64,000 nucleotides of DNA from Candidatus Krumholzibacteriia bacterium (GCA_963836185.1 CAWIIQ010000002.1:320001-384000); one strand, 5' to 3'. Numbered from the stretch's first letter, positions 32,482 through 44,027 are shown. Notes: generated by a model from the sequence alone, not told the origin. Translations and numbers: made by a program.

Positions 32482-34498
32482 CTACAGCGTTTCGAGGTAA
32501 TCCTTGAACGCTTCCTGGGCCTTGTTGTCCTGCTCGGTGAAACGCCTGCGCTCGGGTGACTGCATCGCGCCGTCCTGCGTTCCGGCTGGCCGGCTCATCC
32601 CCCAGATCGAGGCTCTGCCTCGCCGCGGGTCTCTTCTCTTCGGGTTTCTCCACCCGGTAGTCCTGGGGCAGTATACGGTAGTTTATCTGTTCGTGGGGTT
32701 TTCTCGACCTGAACGTCGCGAGCCAGCAGAGGGCGATGACCGCCGCAGTGGCAGCCTGCTGCATCAGCGGAGCGGCAGAGCCGGCGCTGCGCGGGTCATG
32801 GAGATAGAATCCGTTCCAGATAAGCATGAAGACGGCGCCTGCCGCTGCCGACATGATGAACATGCCCTTCCAGGCTGATCCGAGGATTATCTTCGATGAT
32901 CCGGGAACGACGCCCATTCTCCACCATTTGCCGCGATTGCCTCTCGACCTGACCTTCTGTCTCCTGTGCCGGAGCAGGGCCTCCATGACCTTCACGCTCG
33001 ACAACCCTCCGATAGCAGTGGCGCAGTTGTGGCAGAGCATGATTCCTGTATCCGTATCGCAGCAGTCGGGACATGTCGTCAGGTTGCAGTTGGCGCAGAA
33101 CGATACCTTCCATGACCGGGGTACGATCCTCGCCAGGATCATTCCAGCCGCTACCGCGATGACGAGCAGTATCCAGATGTACCTGAGCGGGAAGAGCAGG
33201 TAGGGACGGAAAACACCGTCGAGTATCCTTGATCTTCCAGAGCCGCCCTCCCTGTATGCGATCCTCCACAGCTCGGCGGCGGGGAATCCGCAGTCATATA
33301 TGTCGAGCTCGAGCAGGGTAGTGGCGGGATTCGCCTCGTTATATGCCTCTATGCCAAATTCGCGAGCCCTCTCGAGGGCATCGCTCGATTCCGCGAAAAG
33401 CATCTTGTTGATGTAAGTCTGTCCGATGTTGAACCAGGCGAGTGCGTTCGTCGAGTCGATCGAGACGACGCTCTGGTAGCCTGCCAGCGCCCGGTTGAAA
33501 TCGCCCTGCCTGAAGTAGACATTTCCGAGATTAAGGTACGCCGGCTCGAAATCTCCGCGCTTAGAGACGCTCGCGAGCAGGTGGTCGCGGGCCTCTTCGT
33601 ACAGCCCCATCCTCGACTGCATCGTGCCGAGAGCGAAATCTTTCTCTGCCGAGAACCTTTTATCATCGATCGATCTTATCGACCTGATGAGCCTCGAGTC
33701 GGCCCCGGTCTCGTTGATCATGGCGAGTCGCCGTGTGACGCTTCCCTCGTCGACCGCCGCCGTGAGCGATTCGAGCCTGGGGGTAAGGACCGATATGGCG
33801 CAGATGAAAATTGTCAAAGTCAGAAGGGCGGCCTTCTCCCTGCGGCCTATGACCGGCCAGAGGACAGCCATCATCAGTGCGGAGTAAAGGGCGATACCGC
33901 CTCGCGCTATGAGCAGGCCGAGTATCGCGAGAGGGCCGATGAACCTTGCCGGCGGGAAAGCGAACCTGCCGCCGTACATCTCTCTTATCTTGTGGTCGTA
34001 CTCGGGCCAGTGCCTGACGAGCAGGAATATCAGCGCGAGAAAGAGGACGGCGAAGGATACTGATGTCGACAGTATCACAACGTTCGCGGCAAGCAGGGCC
34101 TGTCCGTAGAAACCCCTGACCTTGCGCTTGTATCCTTCTAAAAGGTGGACCACGAAATCGGTGTTTCCCTTGCGGAGGTCTATGCGCGCCAGGGCGAACA
34201 TCGGATCGGGATAGTCGCCCGACATCCTCGCGGCCAGCATGAGTTTGCGTCGGGCCGTATCGCTGTCGCCCGCCTTGAGGGTCTCCATCGCGTCGCGGTA
34301 GACCGCTCTTGCCGGGACCTGGAGCGACCACGCCCCGTGCTGGAGCTCAGCGGTCGTGTATGACTTGAGTATCTCGTTGTCTATCTCATCCAACGGGTTG
34401 GCCGTCAACGGTTTGCAGAATGCAACCATGAGAATGAGAGCGATGATCGCGCTTGTTCGATGTGCCTTCGTAAGTCTTTGCGGCGTATAGATATTCAC
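32482..34498 (-). CDS. polytopic membrane protein with TPR repeats and a Cys cluster (C-terminal indel likely)
   Basis: TPR motifs AYLNLGNVYFRQG and AWFNIGQTY; several TM segments; CANC-x4-CPDC-x9-CHNC; alternative frame ends ...YLETL* at 32482, before the RBS of the DUF4388 gene. Confidence 0.75.
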
Positions 34499-34679
34499 TG
34501 GTCCCTGTCATCCCGTTCGTATATATTGAAATCGTTTTTATTTCCGTCGGTTGCTTATCGGCAATTATCGTGCCGTATCGCGGCGTTTGACTTCTGGCGA
34601 GCCGCGGTGTTTATTTGTTTGTTTACAGGGGTCCCCCCCGGTGATATAAAAAACAGGGTCGTTTTTAAGGGAGATATAG

Positions 34680-35975
34680 ATGAAGCCGGCAGAGATATCA
34701 GGAATCGGCGAGTTCACCGGCCAGGAAGTGACGCTCAAGGGCTGGGTATACAACATGCGCTCAAGCGGCAAGCTCCTCTTCCTCCAGATGCGCGACGGCA
34801 CGGGTATTATCCAGTGCGTCATAGAGAAGGCCGTAGTCGGAGATGAAGAATTCGAGCATGCTTCGTCCCTGACCCAGGAATCCTCGCTCGAGGTTACCGG
34901 GAATGTGAGGGAGGACGCGCGCGCACCCGGCGGGTACGAGATGAGTGTCGCCCGGTTCAAAATAATCCAGATCGCCGAGCCGTACCCGATAACTCCAAAG
35001 GACCACGGCAACACATTCCTTATGGACAACCGCCATCTCTGGCTGCGCAGCCGCAGGCAGAACGCCATCCTGAAGATAAGGGCCGGGCTTATCCGTTTTA
35101 TCAGGGAGTTCTACGACAACAGGGGATTCATCCTCTGCGATACGCCGATATTTACTCCGAACGCGTGCGAGGGTACGACCACTCTCTTCGAGACCGAGTA
35201 CTTCGGCGACAAGGCGTACCTGACACAGAGCGGGCAGCTCTACAACGAGGCGACAGCGGCGGCCTTCCGCAAGGTCTACACCTTCGGCCCGACTTTCCGG
35301 GCGGAGAAGTCGAAGACGAGGCGGCACCTGATCGAGTTCTGGATGGTGGAGCCCGAGGTCGCGTTCGCCGACCTCGACGACATCATGCAGCTCGGTGAGG
35401 ATTTCATCGTGGAGATCGTCGGCCGTTCGGTCGAGACATACAGGGATCTGCTCGAGGGAGAGCTCGAACGCGACATCTCCCAGCTAGAGAAGGTGCAGGG
35501 CCCCTTCCCTCGGATCTCCTACACTGAGGCGGCGCGTATACTCAGGGATAAAGGTGTCGATTTCAACGAGGGGGGAGACTTCGGCGGCACTGACGAGACC
35601 ATCCTTGCCGGTGAGTTCGACAGGCCGGTATTCGTCCACCGTTTTCCCTCGGCGATCAAGGCTTTCTACATGGAGCCCGATCCTGACGATGAGACATACA
35701 GCCTCTCGGTCGACCTTCTCGCCCCCGAAGGGTACGGAGAGATCATCGGCGGCGGACAGCGGGCCTCAGACCTCGGCCTGCTTCAGAAGAGGATCGAGGA
35801 GCACGGCCTTCCGGAAAAGGCGTTCGAATGGTACCTCGACCTTAGAAGGTACGGCACATTCCCCCATGCGGGCTTCGGCCTCGGGGTGGAGAGGACGCTC
35901 GCCTGGATATGCGGGATCCAGCACGTAAGGGAGACCATCCCCTTCCCGAGACTCCTCAACCGGCTCTCTCCATAA
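34680..35975 (+). CDS. asnS: asparagine--tRNA ligase
   Basis: LRDGTG-like [51 protein letters not shown]. Confidence 0.96.
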   Translation: MKPAEISGIGEFTGQEVTLKGWVYNMRSSGKLLFLQMRDGTGIIQCVIEKAVVGDEEFEHASSLTQESSLEVTGNVREDARAPGGYEMSVARFKIIQIAEPYPITPKDHGNTFLMDNRHLWLRSRRQNAILKIRAGLIRFIREFYDNRGFILCDTPIFTPNACEGTTTLFETEYFGDKAYLTQSGQLYNEATAAAFRKVYTFGPTFRAEKSKTRRHLIEFWMVEPEVAFADLDDIMQLGEDFIVEIVGRSVETYRDLLEGELERDISQLEKVQGPFPRISYTEAARILRDKGVDFNEGGDFGGTDETILAGEFDRPVFVHRFPSAIKAFYMEPDPDDETYSLSVDLLAPEGYGEIIGGGQRASDLGLLQKRIEEHGLPEKAFEWYLDLRRYGTFPHAGFGLGVERTLAWICGIQHVRETIPFPRLLNRLSP

Positions 35976-36066
35976 AAAAGCAATGCCGGATTACATCTTT
36001 TCTGCCTGCCTAACTTGTAACGATTACAGCAGTTACTCCATTATTGATGTCTTTTGTCATGTATAG

Positions 36067-36118
36067 TTGACAGAAGGCCGATATTTATCTAGATATTTAC
36101 CCCTATTTCTGATACAAT
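36067..36118 (+). promoter_or_regulatory. putative sigma70 promoter region of the secreted-protein cluster
   Basis: AT-rich; TTGACA at 36067-36072 and extended -10 TGnTACAAT at 36110-36118 (too far apart to be one promoter). Confidence 0.45.
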
Positions 36119-36227
36119 CCTGCCACATCCCCCTCTAAGACGACGTGGTGCGGCTGTGACGGGCAGGGAGGATTGTTAGTTTACATCAGAATCGGGAACA
36201 GGTTGCTTCAACACCAGGAACGGAGGG

Positions 36228-36965
36228 ATGCAAGTGAAGCTTCTGCGATTGTTTTCCGTGATGATACTCGCCATCGTGACAGCGGTCTCACTGACCGGTG
36301 TCGCGTCTGCGCAGACTCATCCATGTGGTGATGGTGCGCTGCCGTACGAGGGCAGCTGGACAGCGCCGGGCGGGGGCCTGCTCGAGGGCAGGATCTCCGA
36401 GGCGTGGTGCTACTCACCATTCTATTCCGGAGTACCCGGCAACACTCTGAACGCGGAGTCTTGGGACGGGGCCGCTCTGGGCACTCAGTGGAAGATATGG
36501 GGAATGTCGATCGACGCCGCCGGCGGTGTCGAAGTCGATCGCGATGTCAACGCATCGGGATTCGGCTGGATCGACTATGTGACGAACTACGAGGGAGGCA
36601 ACTTCTGGCTCGAGGGGAACAATCCCTGGAGCGACGGGACTGACCTCGATGGGTACGTCACGGTCTGCAACGTGAACGCGAGAGTGACTGTCGTGGGCAA
36701 TATGCCCGTAGCAGTCACGTCGAACATCACCATAGTAGGCGTGTTCGACCTCTGTGAGCTGTGCTCGATCGAGATATCCGCAAACTCGACGAGAATGTGG
36801 AAGACCGGGGACGCCGCCGCGATGCCGGCGGGTTATCCGCCCTTCCTCTGCAGCGCTGACAGCGGCGAGCTGCACTATACGTGCTGCCTGACCGCTACGA
36901 TAATGTGCTCCGTGACCGGCACCGAAGAGTCGACATGGGGCGCGATCAAGGATATGTACAGGTAG
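36228..36965 (+). CDS. secreted Cys-rich hypothetical protein with C-terminal TEESTWGAIK tail
   Basis: GGAGG RBS, signal peptide VASA|Q, 9 Cys, paralog of 37129..37845, ends GTEESTWGAIKDMYR. Confidence 0.85.
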   Translation: MQVKLLRLFSVMILAIVTAVSLTGVASAQTHPCGDGALPYEGSWTAPGGGLLEGRISEAWCYSPFYSGVPGNTLNAESWDGAALGTQWKIWGMSIDAAGGVEVDRDVNASGFGWIDYVTNYEGGNFWLEGNNPWSDGTDLDGYVTVCNVNARVTVVGNMPVAVTSNITIVGVFDLCELCSIEISANSTRMWKTGDAAAMPAGYPPFLCSADSGELHYTCCLTATIMCSVTGTEESTWGAIKDMYR

Positions 36966-37128
36966 GTCCGCTGCCTGACATAAGCGAATCCTGAACTTGC
37001 GGGGGTGATACTACTCGCAGTGCTTTTCATCCGGCCCGCTGACGGGAGGTGATCGCAAGGTAGATTCGCAAGACGGGTTTCCGATGGATAGAATGATCCG
37101 TCACTTTATCTGGAACCGGAGGGAAATT

Positions 37129-37845
37129 ATGAAGGTTTTGAAAATGCTGCTCATCGTTGCGGGAATGATGCTTCTCGCGACGGCTGTCTCCGCGCAGTTC
37201 TGCAACTGCGATGTTCAGTACATTCCCAACCAGGGCTACTATTCCACTTACGCGGGAACACTCCTTCCCGGGCGTGTATCCGAGGGATTCTGCGGGACCC
37301 CCGTCAATGGAGGAGTCCCGGGCAACACACAGGATGCCATGTCGTGGGATGGCGCTACCCTGGGCGGGCAGTGGCACGTATGGGGCATGGCGATCGACGC
37401 TGCCGGCGCTGGTGAAACGGGCCGCAGTCTAGACGCGACAGGCACGGGCTGGATCGACTACGTCACGAATTATGACGGGGGCAACTTCTGGCTCAACGGT
37501 GCGTACTTCGGCTCGTCGGGATTGGATTTCACCGGCACGATCTCGTACTACAATGTCAGTGCGAGGGTCAGCCTGCTGTACGGCCAGGTAACCGGTGTCA
37601 CATCGAATGTGACCTTCAACGGTCAGTTCACCGAGTGCGAGTGCTGCTACATCGAATTCGCCATCGCCAACGCGATGAGGGTATGGCCGAACATCGAGGG
37701 CACGTCGATGCCGTCTTTCTACCCGGCGTTCTACTGCGGGCCGACAGGCGAGCTCTTCGATGCCTGCTGCATCCTGATGAGTGTCTCCTGCCCGGTGGGC
37801 ACGGAAGAGACGAGTTGGGGCGCGATCAAGGAGATGCACAAGTAG
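37129..37845 (+). CDS. secreted Cys-rich hypothetical protein (paralog) with C-terminal TEETSWGAIK tail
   Basis: GGAGG RBS, signal peptide AVSA|Q, 10 Cys, shared GVPGNT/SWDGA/GWIDYVTNY.GGNFWL blocks, ends GTEETSWGAIKEMHK. Confidence 0.85.
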   Translation: MKVLKMLLIVAGMMLLATAVSAQFCNCDVQYIPNQGYYSTYAGTLLPGRVSEGFCGTPVNGGVPGNTQDAMSWDGATLGGQWHVWGMAIDAAGAGETGRSLDATGTGWIDYVTNYDGGNFWLNGAYFGSSGLDFTGTISYYNVSARVSLLYGQVTGVTSNVTFNGQFTECECCYIEFAIANAMRVWPNIEGTSMPSFYPAFYCGPTGELFDACCILMSVSCPVGTEETSWGAIKEMHK

Positions 37846-38160
37846 GCCTGCATGGAGACTGTGATTTTTCGGATGTGACGGCCGGGCAAGGGTCGGCCGT
37901 CACACCCGGTTCGAGCATCGTCGGAGGGGCAACCAGGGGATTCAGCGATCACATTACAGGAGTGTGGCTTCTTGTCCGGCTGACGCCGGATCAGGAGGGG
38001 GAGAGGCATTCTTGTCTCGATTTTACACAGGGACTATCCCGAAAACATACATGACAACCGCGAGGGGAGGTATGCGATGACCGGATTGTCACCGTAACCT
38101 CGACCGCAGGGGTACGGGTTTAACTGATAGTTGCTTCTCAACTGTTTAGGAGGGGGTACC

Positions 38161-41100
38161 ATGAAAAGACTCGCGTTAGTGTCCGCACTCTGTCTTCTCG
38201 TCTGCTTTTCGCTGACGGCAGGATCGAAGGCGGCTACTCTGAACGTCCCCGGTGACTACGCAACGGTCCAGGCGGCGATAGACGCGGCGGTAGCTGGTGA
38301 CGAGATCGTCATAGCTGCCGGGACCTGGACTGAGAACATCACAATAAACAAGACTCTCACACTGAAAGGTGCACAGGCCGGTATCGACGCTAGAGGCAGG
38401 ACAGGTTCCGAGACGATCCTGACCTGCGCCTCCGGGCACCTCGTGACAGTCGCCGCGGTCGACGTGGTCCTCGATGGACTCACGATGACCGGTACCGCAG
38501 CGGCCGGACGTCTCGGCAACTGCGACAGCCACGGCTCAGGATTCGAGATGCGCAACTGCGTCATGGACGGAGTCGCGCAGAGAGGTTTCTGGTTCAACGT
38601 CACATCACCGGACATCGTGCTGGAGTACAATGTCTTCGATGCGGCCCTCTGGACCGATTCTTACTCTGTAGCGCACTTCGACGGCTCCGACGTATTCAAC
38701 GATCTGTACATCGGAAACAACGAGTTCACCGGTGGTTCGATCTTCGCCGGGAACGTTACATTCAATTCATCTGGATTCCAGTTAGTCGACAACCTGTTCG
38801 ATGGCTGCTCCATGAATCTCGCATCAGCGTTCGAGAACGCGACTGTTTCGGGGAACATCTTCCGAAACAACGGCTACACGAACATGCAGGCGGCATTCAA
38901 GAACAGCACGATCTCCTACAACCAGTTCGAGGCAACGGGGCCTTCGCCCTACGCGGGCTACCCGTCCGCCTGCCTGCAGTTGTACGGGACAGATTACGGA
39001 TTGGCCTCAACTAATGTGACTATCGAAGGAAACACATTCGAGTTCAACGGTTCTGCCGCGCCGGCCGATCCGGCCAACGGCATACGCTTCCGTGCGGGAC
39101 TCGATGCCTCGACGATCACGGTCCGCGACAACGCCTTCATCGACGGCGGAGCCCAGGCTACCGCCCTTGCGGTGAGGCACCAGGGGACCGGCGACGCTGA
39201 CGCCTCCGGCAACTGGTGGGGATCGAATGATCCTGCTGGCGTGAACGCGCTTGCCAACGGCGGAACGCTCGTCGATTACACCCCGTGGCTCGATACTGGT
39301 ACGGACAACCGTCCCGGGATCGGCTTCGAGGGCGATTTCTCCGCTCTGCACGTCGATGACGACAGCCCCCAGACGGGCATCGTCGGGATCGCGCAGGAGG
39401 GTATCGACCTCGTCGACGGCAGCACCGTCTATATCCATGACGGCACCTACGAGGAGCAGCTTGATATCGGCAAGGATCTCGTCCTCCAGGGAGACGGCCT
39501 GGGTACGGAGATCCTCTCACCCGATCTTCTGGCGCTCTCATGGGCCACGAGCAAGGATTATCGTGCGATCATATATATCCATGATGCTGATGCCGAGATC
39601 CGCGACATAACACTGAACGGAGCCGGCAAGGGGAACGCGAATACAGGGTTCCTCGGTGTCGGGTTCAGGAACGCGGGCGGCGGCATCTATGACTGCGATA
39701 TCCTCGACATCCGAAACACGCCGTTCAGCGGCGCACAGTATGGTGTCGGTATCAGTTCCTGGAACGACGATCTGACCTCACGGTCGATCGATGTCCACGG
39801 CTGTACGCTCACCGGATTCCAGAAGAACGCTATGGCGCTCAATGCCGACGTGACGACAGGCCTTGCGGTCGATGTCCGCGGTAACACGATCACCGGTGCG
39901 GGCGCGACTACAGTAACAGCGCAGAACGGTGTGCAGGTCTATGGTGACATCGCCACCGGTACCATAGCGGACAACGTCATAAGCGGGATCGCTTACGACA
40001 ATACAGCCGATGTCACGAAGTGGGTAGCGACCAGCATCCTGAATTACTATGCTGATGTCGATATCACCGGCAATACGATCACGGCTGCCCACATGGGTAT
40101 CTACAATATCGACGGTGCAGGCCTGATCAGCGAAAACGACCTGACGATCGAGAAGATCGGTGTATACGCTTTCGGTATCATCGGCAGCGATCCGCCGAAG
40201 GCTGTTCCCTCTCCGGCAGGGATGGATGACATGCCAGTCGGTTCTTCGAGGCCTTTCGACGGGGCGCCTCTCGCCCTGCTCGATGTCGACATACTCGACA
40301 ATGTCGTGACATTCACCGGCCCTGACAATACGGCGACCTTCGGTATCGAAGTAGATGCCGGCTGGGGACCGAATGATCTCGATGCGACGATCAATGGAAA
40401 CATCGTCACCGGTTTCGAGGTTGGTATCGAGGTATATACCTGCGAGAGCGGTTGCGCCGCCGGTATCTTCACCGCGGTCGATGCCAGATTCAACGGCCTG
40501 TTCAGCAATACACTGGCTGTCCGTTCGAATGTCGACACGATCACAGTCGATGCCTCGGGCAACTGGCTCGGATCAAACGTCCCCGCGGCGCTCATCGCGG
40601 GTACACTCGATTACACTCCGTGGCTCGACGTCGGAACAGACATGAGTACCGACATCGGGTTCCAGGGTGATTTCTCCGCCCTGCACGTCGATGACGACAG
40701 CCCGCAGACGGGCCTTGTCGGAATCGTGCAGGAGGGAATCGATATGGTCGACGGCAGCACCGTCTACATCCACGACGGTACATACGAGGAGCAGCTCGAG
40801 ATCACAAGCGATCTCGTCCTTCAGGGAGACGGCGCGGGGACTGTGATCCTTTCGCCAGACGCCCTTCCGCTCTTCTTTACCACGGGTACACTCAACAACT
40901 ACCCGGTCGTCTATATCCACGACACAGACGATGTGGAGATAAACGATCTCACCGTCGACGGCGCGGGAAAGGGTAACGCGAACTACAGGTTCCTCGGGAT
41001 CGGATACCGCAACGCAGGCGGAGGAGTCTACGACTGCTCGATCCTCGGGATCATGGACACCCCGTTCAGCGGCGCGCAGCACGGCGTAGCGATGTACTTG

Positions 41101-44016
41101 TACAACGATGACCTGACTACAAGGTCGATCGACGTACATGGGACTACGATCACCGGGTTCCAGAAGAACGCTATGGCGCTGAACGCGGAGCGAACGACAC
41201 CTCTCGCCGTCGATGTGCGAGACAACATTATTACCGGTGCCGGAGAGACCGGCGTTACGGCCCAGAACGGTATCCAGGTCTCGGCGGCCCTTGGTACCGG
41301 CGATATCGAAGACAATGTGATATCGGGAATCGCTTACAACGGCGGCAGCTGGGTCGCTACCTCGATCCTCAGCTACTACGGCGTTCACGCGATAGACGGC
41401 AACACGATCACCGGTTCCCATATGGGAATCTATAATATCGATGGAGCGGGAACGATCTCGGGGAACGATGTCGAGGTCGAAATGATCGGTGGTTACTGCT
41501 GGGGTATCGTTGCCAGCGATCCACCGAAACTGAAGCCATCTCCGTTCGTCGAAGAAGAGGCTCCGCTGACCTCGGGCAGGGATATGCTCAAGGCCCCGCT
41601 AGCCGTTCTCGACGTAGATGTCATTGGCAACACGGTGACGAATGTCGGAACGACTGTCGCAGGCACATACGGCATCGAGGCCGACGCCGGATACGGTCCC
41701 GACGACCTCGACATCACGATCAGTTACAACACTGTCTGTAACTTCGAGGCCGCGATCGAGTTCTGGGTCTGCCAGAGCACCTGCGACACGGGTGTCTTCA
41801 CCAGCGCTGTGGCCAACTACAACTATATAGGCTGCGGCAATACGTACGGTATCCGCTCTAACGCCGATTATCTCATGGTAGACGGCACGAACAACTGGTG
41901 GGGCGACGCATCCGGGCCTTATCACGCCACGCTCAATCCGACCGGTACGGGAGACGCTGTCTCCGATTACGTCGACTTTGATCCGTGGCTGGGTGCTCCC
42001 AACCAGCTCAGCGTAGTGCCGGCCTACGGCACGACGAACTGTCTCGATCCGATCACCTACACCTTCTGGCTCGACCATGTCGGTGTGGATGAGGTACGCG
42101 GAATCGACGTGACCTTCCAGGTCGACGGCGCGGTAGTGTCGGTCGGCAACGTATCGACTGATATCGTCGAAGGATCGTACCTGCCCGGAATCGGCGGGAC
42201 GACCTTCTTCGCTCTCGACAATGGCGGCGGAGAGTATCAGATCAGCACGTCGATCCTCGGCGGGACCACCGGCGCCACAGGTTCCGGCGATCTCTTCACG
42301 GTAGTATTCACGCCTGTGGCCGAGGGACTCAGCGCGATCACGATCACCGACCTCAAGGTCCGTGACGTGAACAACGTGCCTCTCAGCGTGGCGATGGTCG
42401 ACGGAGAGGTCCGCATCGACTGCACCGGGCCGACGATGGAGCCGATCGCCGAGGCGGAGGGCGTCTGCTACAACGTGGCGCCCACATTCGCGAACTTCGG
42501 ATTCGACGATGACCAGGCGCTCGACTGGGCCGAGTACCAGATCGACGCGGATGGATGGGTCACGATATTCACCGGCATCGATGTGCCCGAGTGGAACGAC
42601 GACGGCTGGGCGCTGCCCGGCTTCGCCGGACTCTCGGAAGGGAGCCACACCGTTTACTTCCGCGTGGCAGACATGGCGGGGAACGAGAACGGAGAGGGCA
42701 CCCCTGATACGTACAGCTGGTCGTTTATCAAGGATACCGTGCCGCCGGCGGCGCCTTCCGGATTCTCGGCGATGCCGGGCCACAACAAGGTCCATCTCGC
42801 CTGGACGAATCCCACGGGCGACGCTTCGTTCGTCGGCGTGGAGATCAGGCTCGTCGCATGGGGCGACTATCCCCAGTATATCACCGCGCCTTCGTACCCC
42901 GCCGATCATCTCGGCGGAACGTTCGTCACGCAGGTGCCCGGTGAGTCGTTCGACGACGATCCGCGCGCACCGCGCGACATCTATTACTACGCGGCATTCT
43001 CGTACGACTGCGCCGGCAACTACTCGGTCTTCGACGCAGGAGCGGCGGACAGGTCGACGAGCTACTGGCTCGGCGACATCTTCGCCGGGTATGACGGCCT
43101 CGTCAACTTCAACGATCTCGGAGATTTCTCCAACGCGTTCGGCTCTACAGAGGGCGGAGGCGGAGGATGGATCGCCGAGGCGGACTTCGGGCCGACCGAC
43201 GACTGGTCGAGGTTCGGAATACCTCTGCCCGACGACGCGATCGACTTCGAGGACCTGATGATCTTCTCGATGAACTACGGCAACGTGGATCCCCTGGGAT
43301 TCGACTTCGTGCCTGAGGAGAGATCGACGGAGAACCTCGAGAACATGGTCGCCTTCGATCTCGTTCCCACGACTACCGATGCGGGAACGATCGTCTCGAT
43401 CATGATGAGCAGCCGCGCCTCGACACTGAAGGGCGCGAGGCTGGTCATCGAGACTGGCGACGGATGCGAGATCGTAAATATCTCGAAGGGTGACGCTGTC
43501 GCCACGCGCGGCGATGTCTTCTTCGGGACTATCCCCTCGTTCGGCGGCATGGAGGTCTGCCTCTCGGCGCTCGGCGTCGACAAGCCTCTTGCAGGCTCCG
43601 GCGAGGTCGCGAAGATACTCGTAAAGAGTGAAGGTTCGATAAACGTCTCGCTCGCCGAGGCCGATATCAGGGATATCGAGAACAGGCAGTTCGTTCTCGA
43701 GGGGACCGGCAGTTATGAAGGCCCCGAGGTCCCGATAGCCGACGCGCTTAACCAGAACTTCCCGAACCCGTTCAACCCGGCGACAACGGTCGCCTTTGAC
43801 CTGGCGAAGCCCGCTTCGGTCAGGATAGGGATCTACGACGTCTCGGGACGCCTGGTAAGGACGCTTATCGACAGAAGCATGGAGGCCGGGAGTCACGAGG
43901 TCGGCTGGAACGGTACGAACAATATGGGTACCGGTGTTCCCAGCGGCATGTACTTCTACAGGATGACGACATCCGACGGCTTCACGGCTACAAGGAAGAT
44001 GATCCTGCTGAGGTAG
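38161..44016 (+). CDS. giant secreted protein (~1,950 aa): parallel beta-helix repeats, cohesin-like, Ig/FN3-like and dockerin-like modules, T9SS/FlgD-Ig C-terminal domain
   Basis: Signal peptide; VPGDYATVQAAIDAA..GD.I.IAAGTWTENITI; N/D/G-rich beta-helix turns; GSGDLFTVVF cohesin-like block; paired DGLVNFNDL/DDAIDFEDL loops; QNFPNPFNP...IYDVSGRLVRTL...SGMYFYRM...RKMILLR. Confidence 0.88.
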   Translation: MKRLALVSALCLLVCFSLTAGSKAATLNVPGDYATVQAAIDAAVAGDEIVIAAGTWTENITINKTLTLKGAQAGIDARGRTGSETILTCASGHLVTVAAVDVVLDGLTMTGTAAAGRLGNCDSHGSGFEMRNCVMDGVAQRGFWFNVTSPDIVLEYNVFDAALWTDSYSVAHFDGSDVFNDLYIGNNEFTGGSIFAGNVTFNSSGFQLVDNLFDGCSMNLASAFENATVSGNIFRNNGYTNMQAAFKNSTISYNQFEATGPSPYAGYPSACLQLYGTDYGLASTNVTIEGNTFEFNGSAAPADPANGIRFRAGLDASTITVRDNAFIDGGAQATALAVRHQGTGDADASGNWWGSNDPAGVNALANGGTLVDYTPWLDTGTDNRPGIGFEGDFSALHVDDDSPQTGIVGIAQEGIDLVDGSTVYIHDGTYEEQLDIGKDLVLQGDGLGTEILSPDLLALSWATSKDYRAIIYIHDADAEIRDITLNGAGKGNANTGFLGVGFRNAGGGIYDCDILDIRNTPFSGAQYGVGISSWNDDLTSRSIDVHGCTLTGFQKNAMALNADVTTGLAVDVRGNTITGAGATTVTAQNGVQVYGDIATGTIADNVISGIAYDNTADVTKWVATSILNYYADVDITGNTITAAHMGIYNIDGAGLISENDLTIEKIGVYAFGIIGSDPPKAVPSPAGMDDMPVGSSRPFDGAPLALLDVDILDNVVTFTGPDNTATFGIEVDAGWGPNDLDATINGNIVTGFEVGIEVYTCESGCAAGIFTAVDARFNGLFSNTLAVRSNVDTITVDASGNWLGSNVPAALIAGTLDYTPWLDVGTDMSTDIGFQGDFSALHVDDDSPQTGLVGIVQEGIDMVDGSTVYIHDGTYEEQLEITSDLVLQGDGAGTVILSPDALPLFFTTGTLNNYPVVYIHDTDDVEINDLTVDGAGKGNANYRFLGIGYRNAGGGVYDCSILGIMDTPFSGAQHGVAMYLYNDDLTTRSIDVHGTTITGFQKNAMALNAERTTPLAVDVRDNIITGAGETGVTAQNGIQVSAALGTGDIEDNVISGIAYNGGSWVATSILSYYGVHAIDGNTITGSHMGIYNIDGAGTISGNDVEVEMIGGYCWGIVASDPPKLKPSPFVEEEAPLTSGRDMLKAPLAVLDVDVIGNTVTNVGTTVAGTYGIEADAGYGPDDLDITISYNTVCNFEAAIEFWVCQSTCDTGVFTSAVANYNYIGCGNTYGIRSNADYLMVDGTNNWWGDASGPYHATLNPTGTGDAVSDYVDFDPWLGAPNQLSVVPAYGTTNCLDPITYTFWLDHVGVDEVRGIDVTFQVDGAVVSVGNVSTDIVEGSYLPGIGGTTFFALDNGGGEYQISTSILGGTTGATGSGDLFTVVFTPVAEGLSAITITDLKVRDVNNVPLSVAMVDGEVRIDCTGPTMEPIAEAEGVCYNVAPTFANFGFDDDQALDWAEYQIDADGWVTIFTGIDVPEWNDDGWALPGFAGLSEGSHTVYFRVADMAGNENGEGTPDTYSWSFIKDTVPPAAPSGFSAMPGHNKVHLAWTNPTGDASFVGVEIRLVAWGDYPQYITAPSYPADHLGGTFVTQVPGESFDDDPRAPRDIYYYAAFSYDCAGNYSVFDAGAADRSTSYWLGDIFAGYDGLVNFNDLGDFSNAFGSTEGGGGGWIAEADFGPTDDWSRFGIPLPDDAIDFEDLMIFSMNYGNVDPLGFDFVPEERSTENLENMVAFDLVPTTTDAGTIVSIMMSSRASTLKGARLVIETGDGCEIVNISKGDAVATRGDVFFGTIPSFGGMEVCLSALGVDKPLAGSGEVAKILVKSEGSINVSLAEADIRDIENRQFVLEGTGSYEGPEVPIADALNQNFPNPFNPATTVAFDLAKPASVRIGIYDVSGRLVRTLIDRSMEAGSHEVGWNGTNNMGTGVPSGMYFYRMTTSDGFTATRKMILLR
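39274..41990 (+). repeat. intragenic ~1.33-kb (~445 aa) tandem duplication of a beta-helix module
   Basis: DYTPWLD.GTD...GDFSALHVDDDSPQTG.VGI.QEGID.VDGSTVYIHDGTYEEQL begins at ~39274 and ~40609. Confidence 0.9.
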
Positions 44017-44027
44017 TACCTCAGGAT

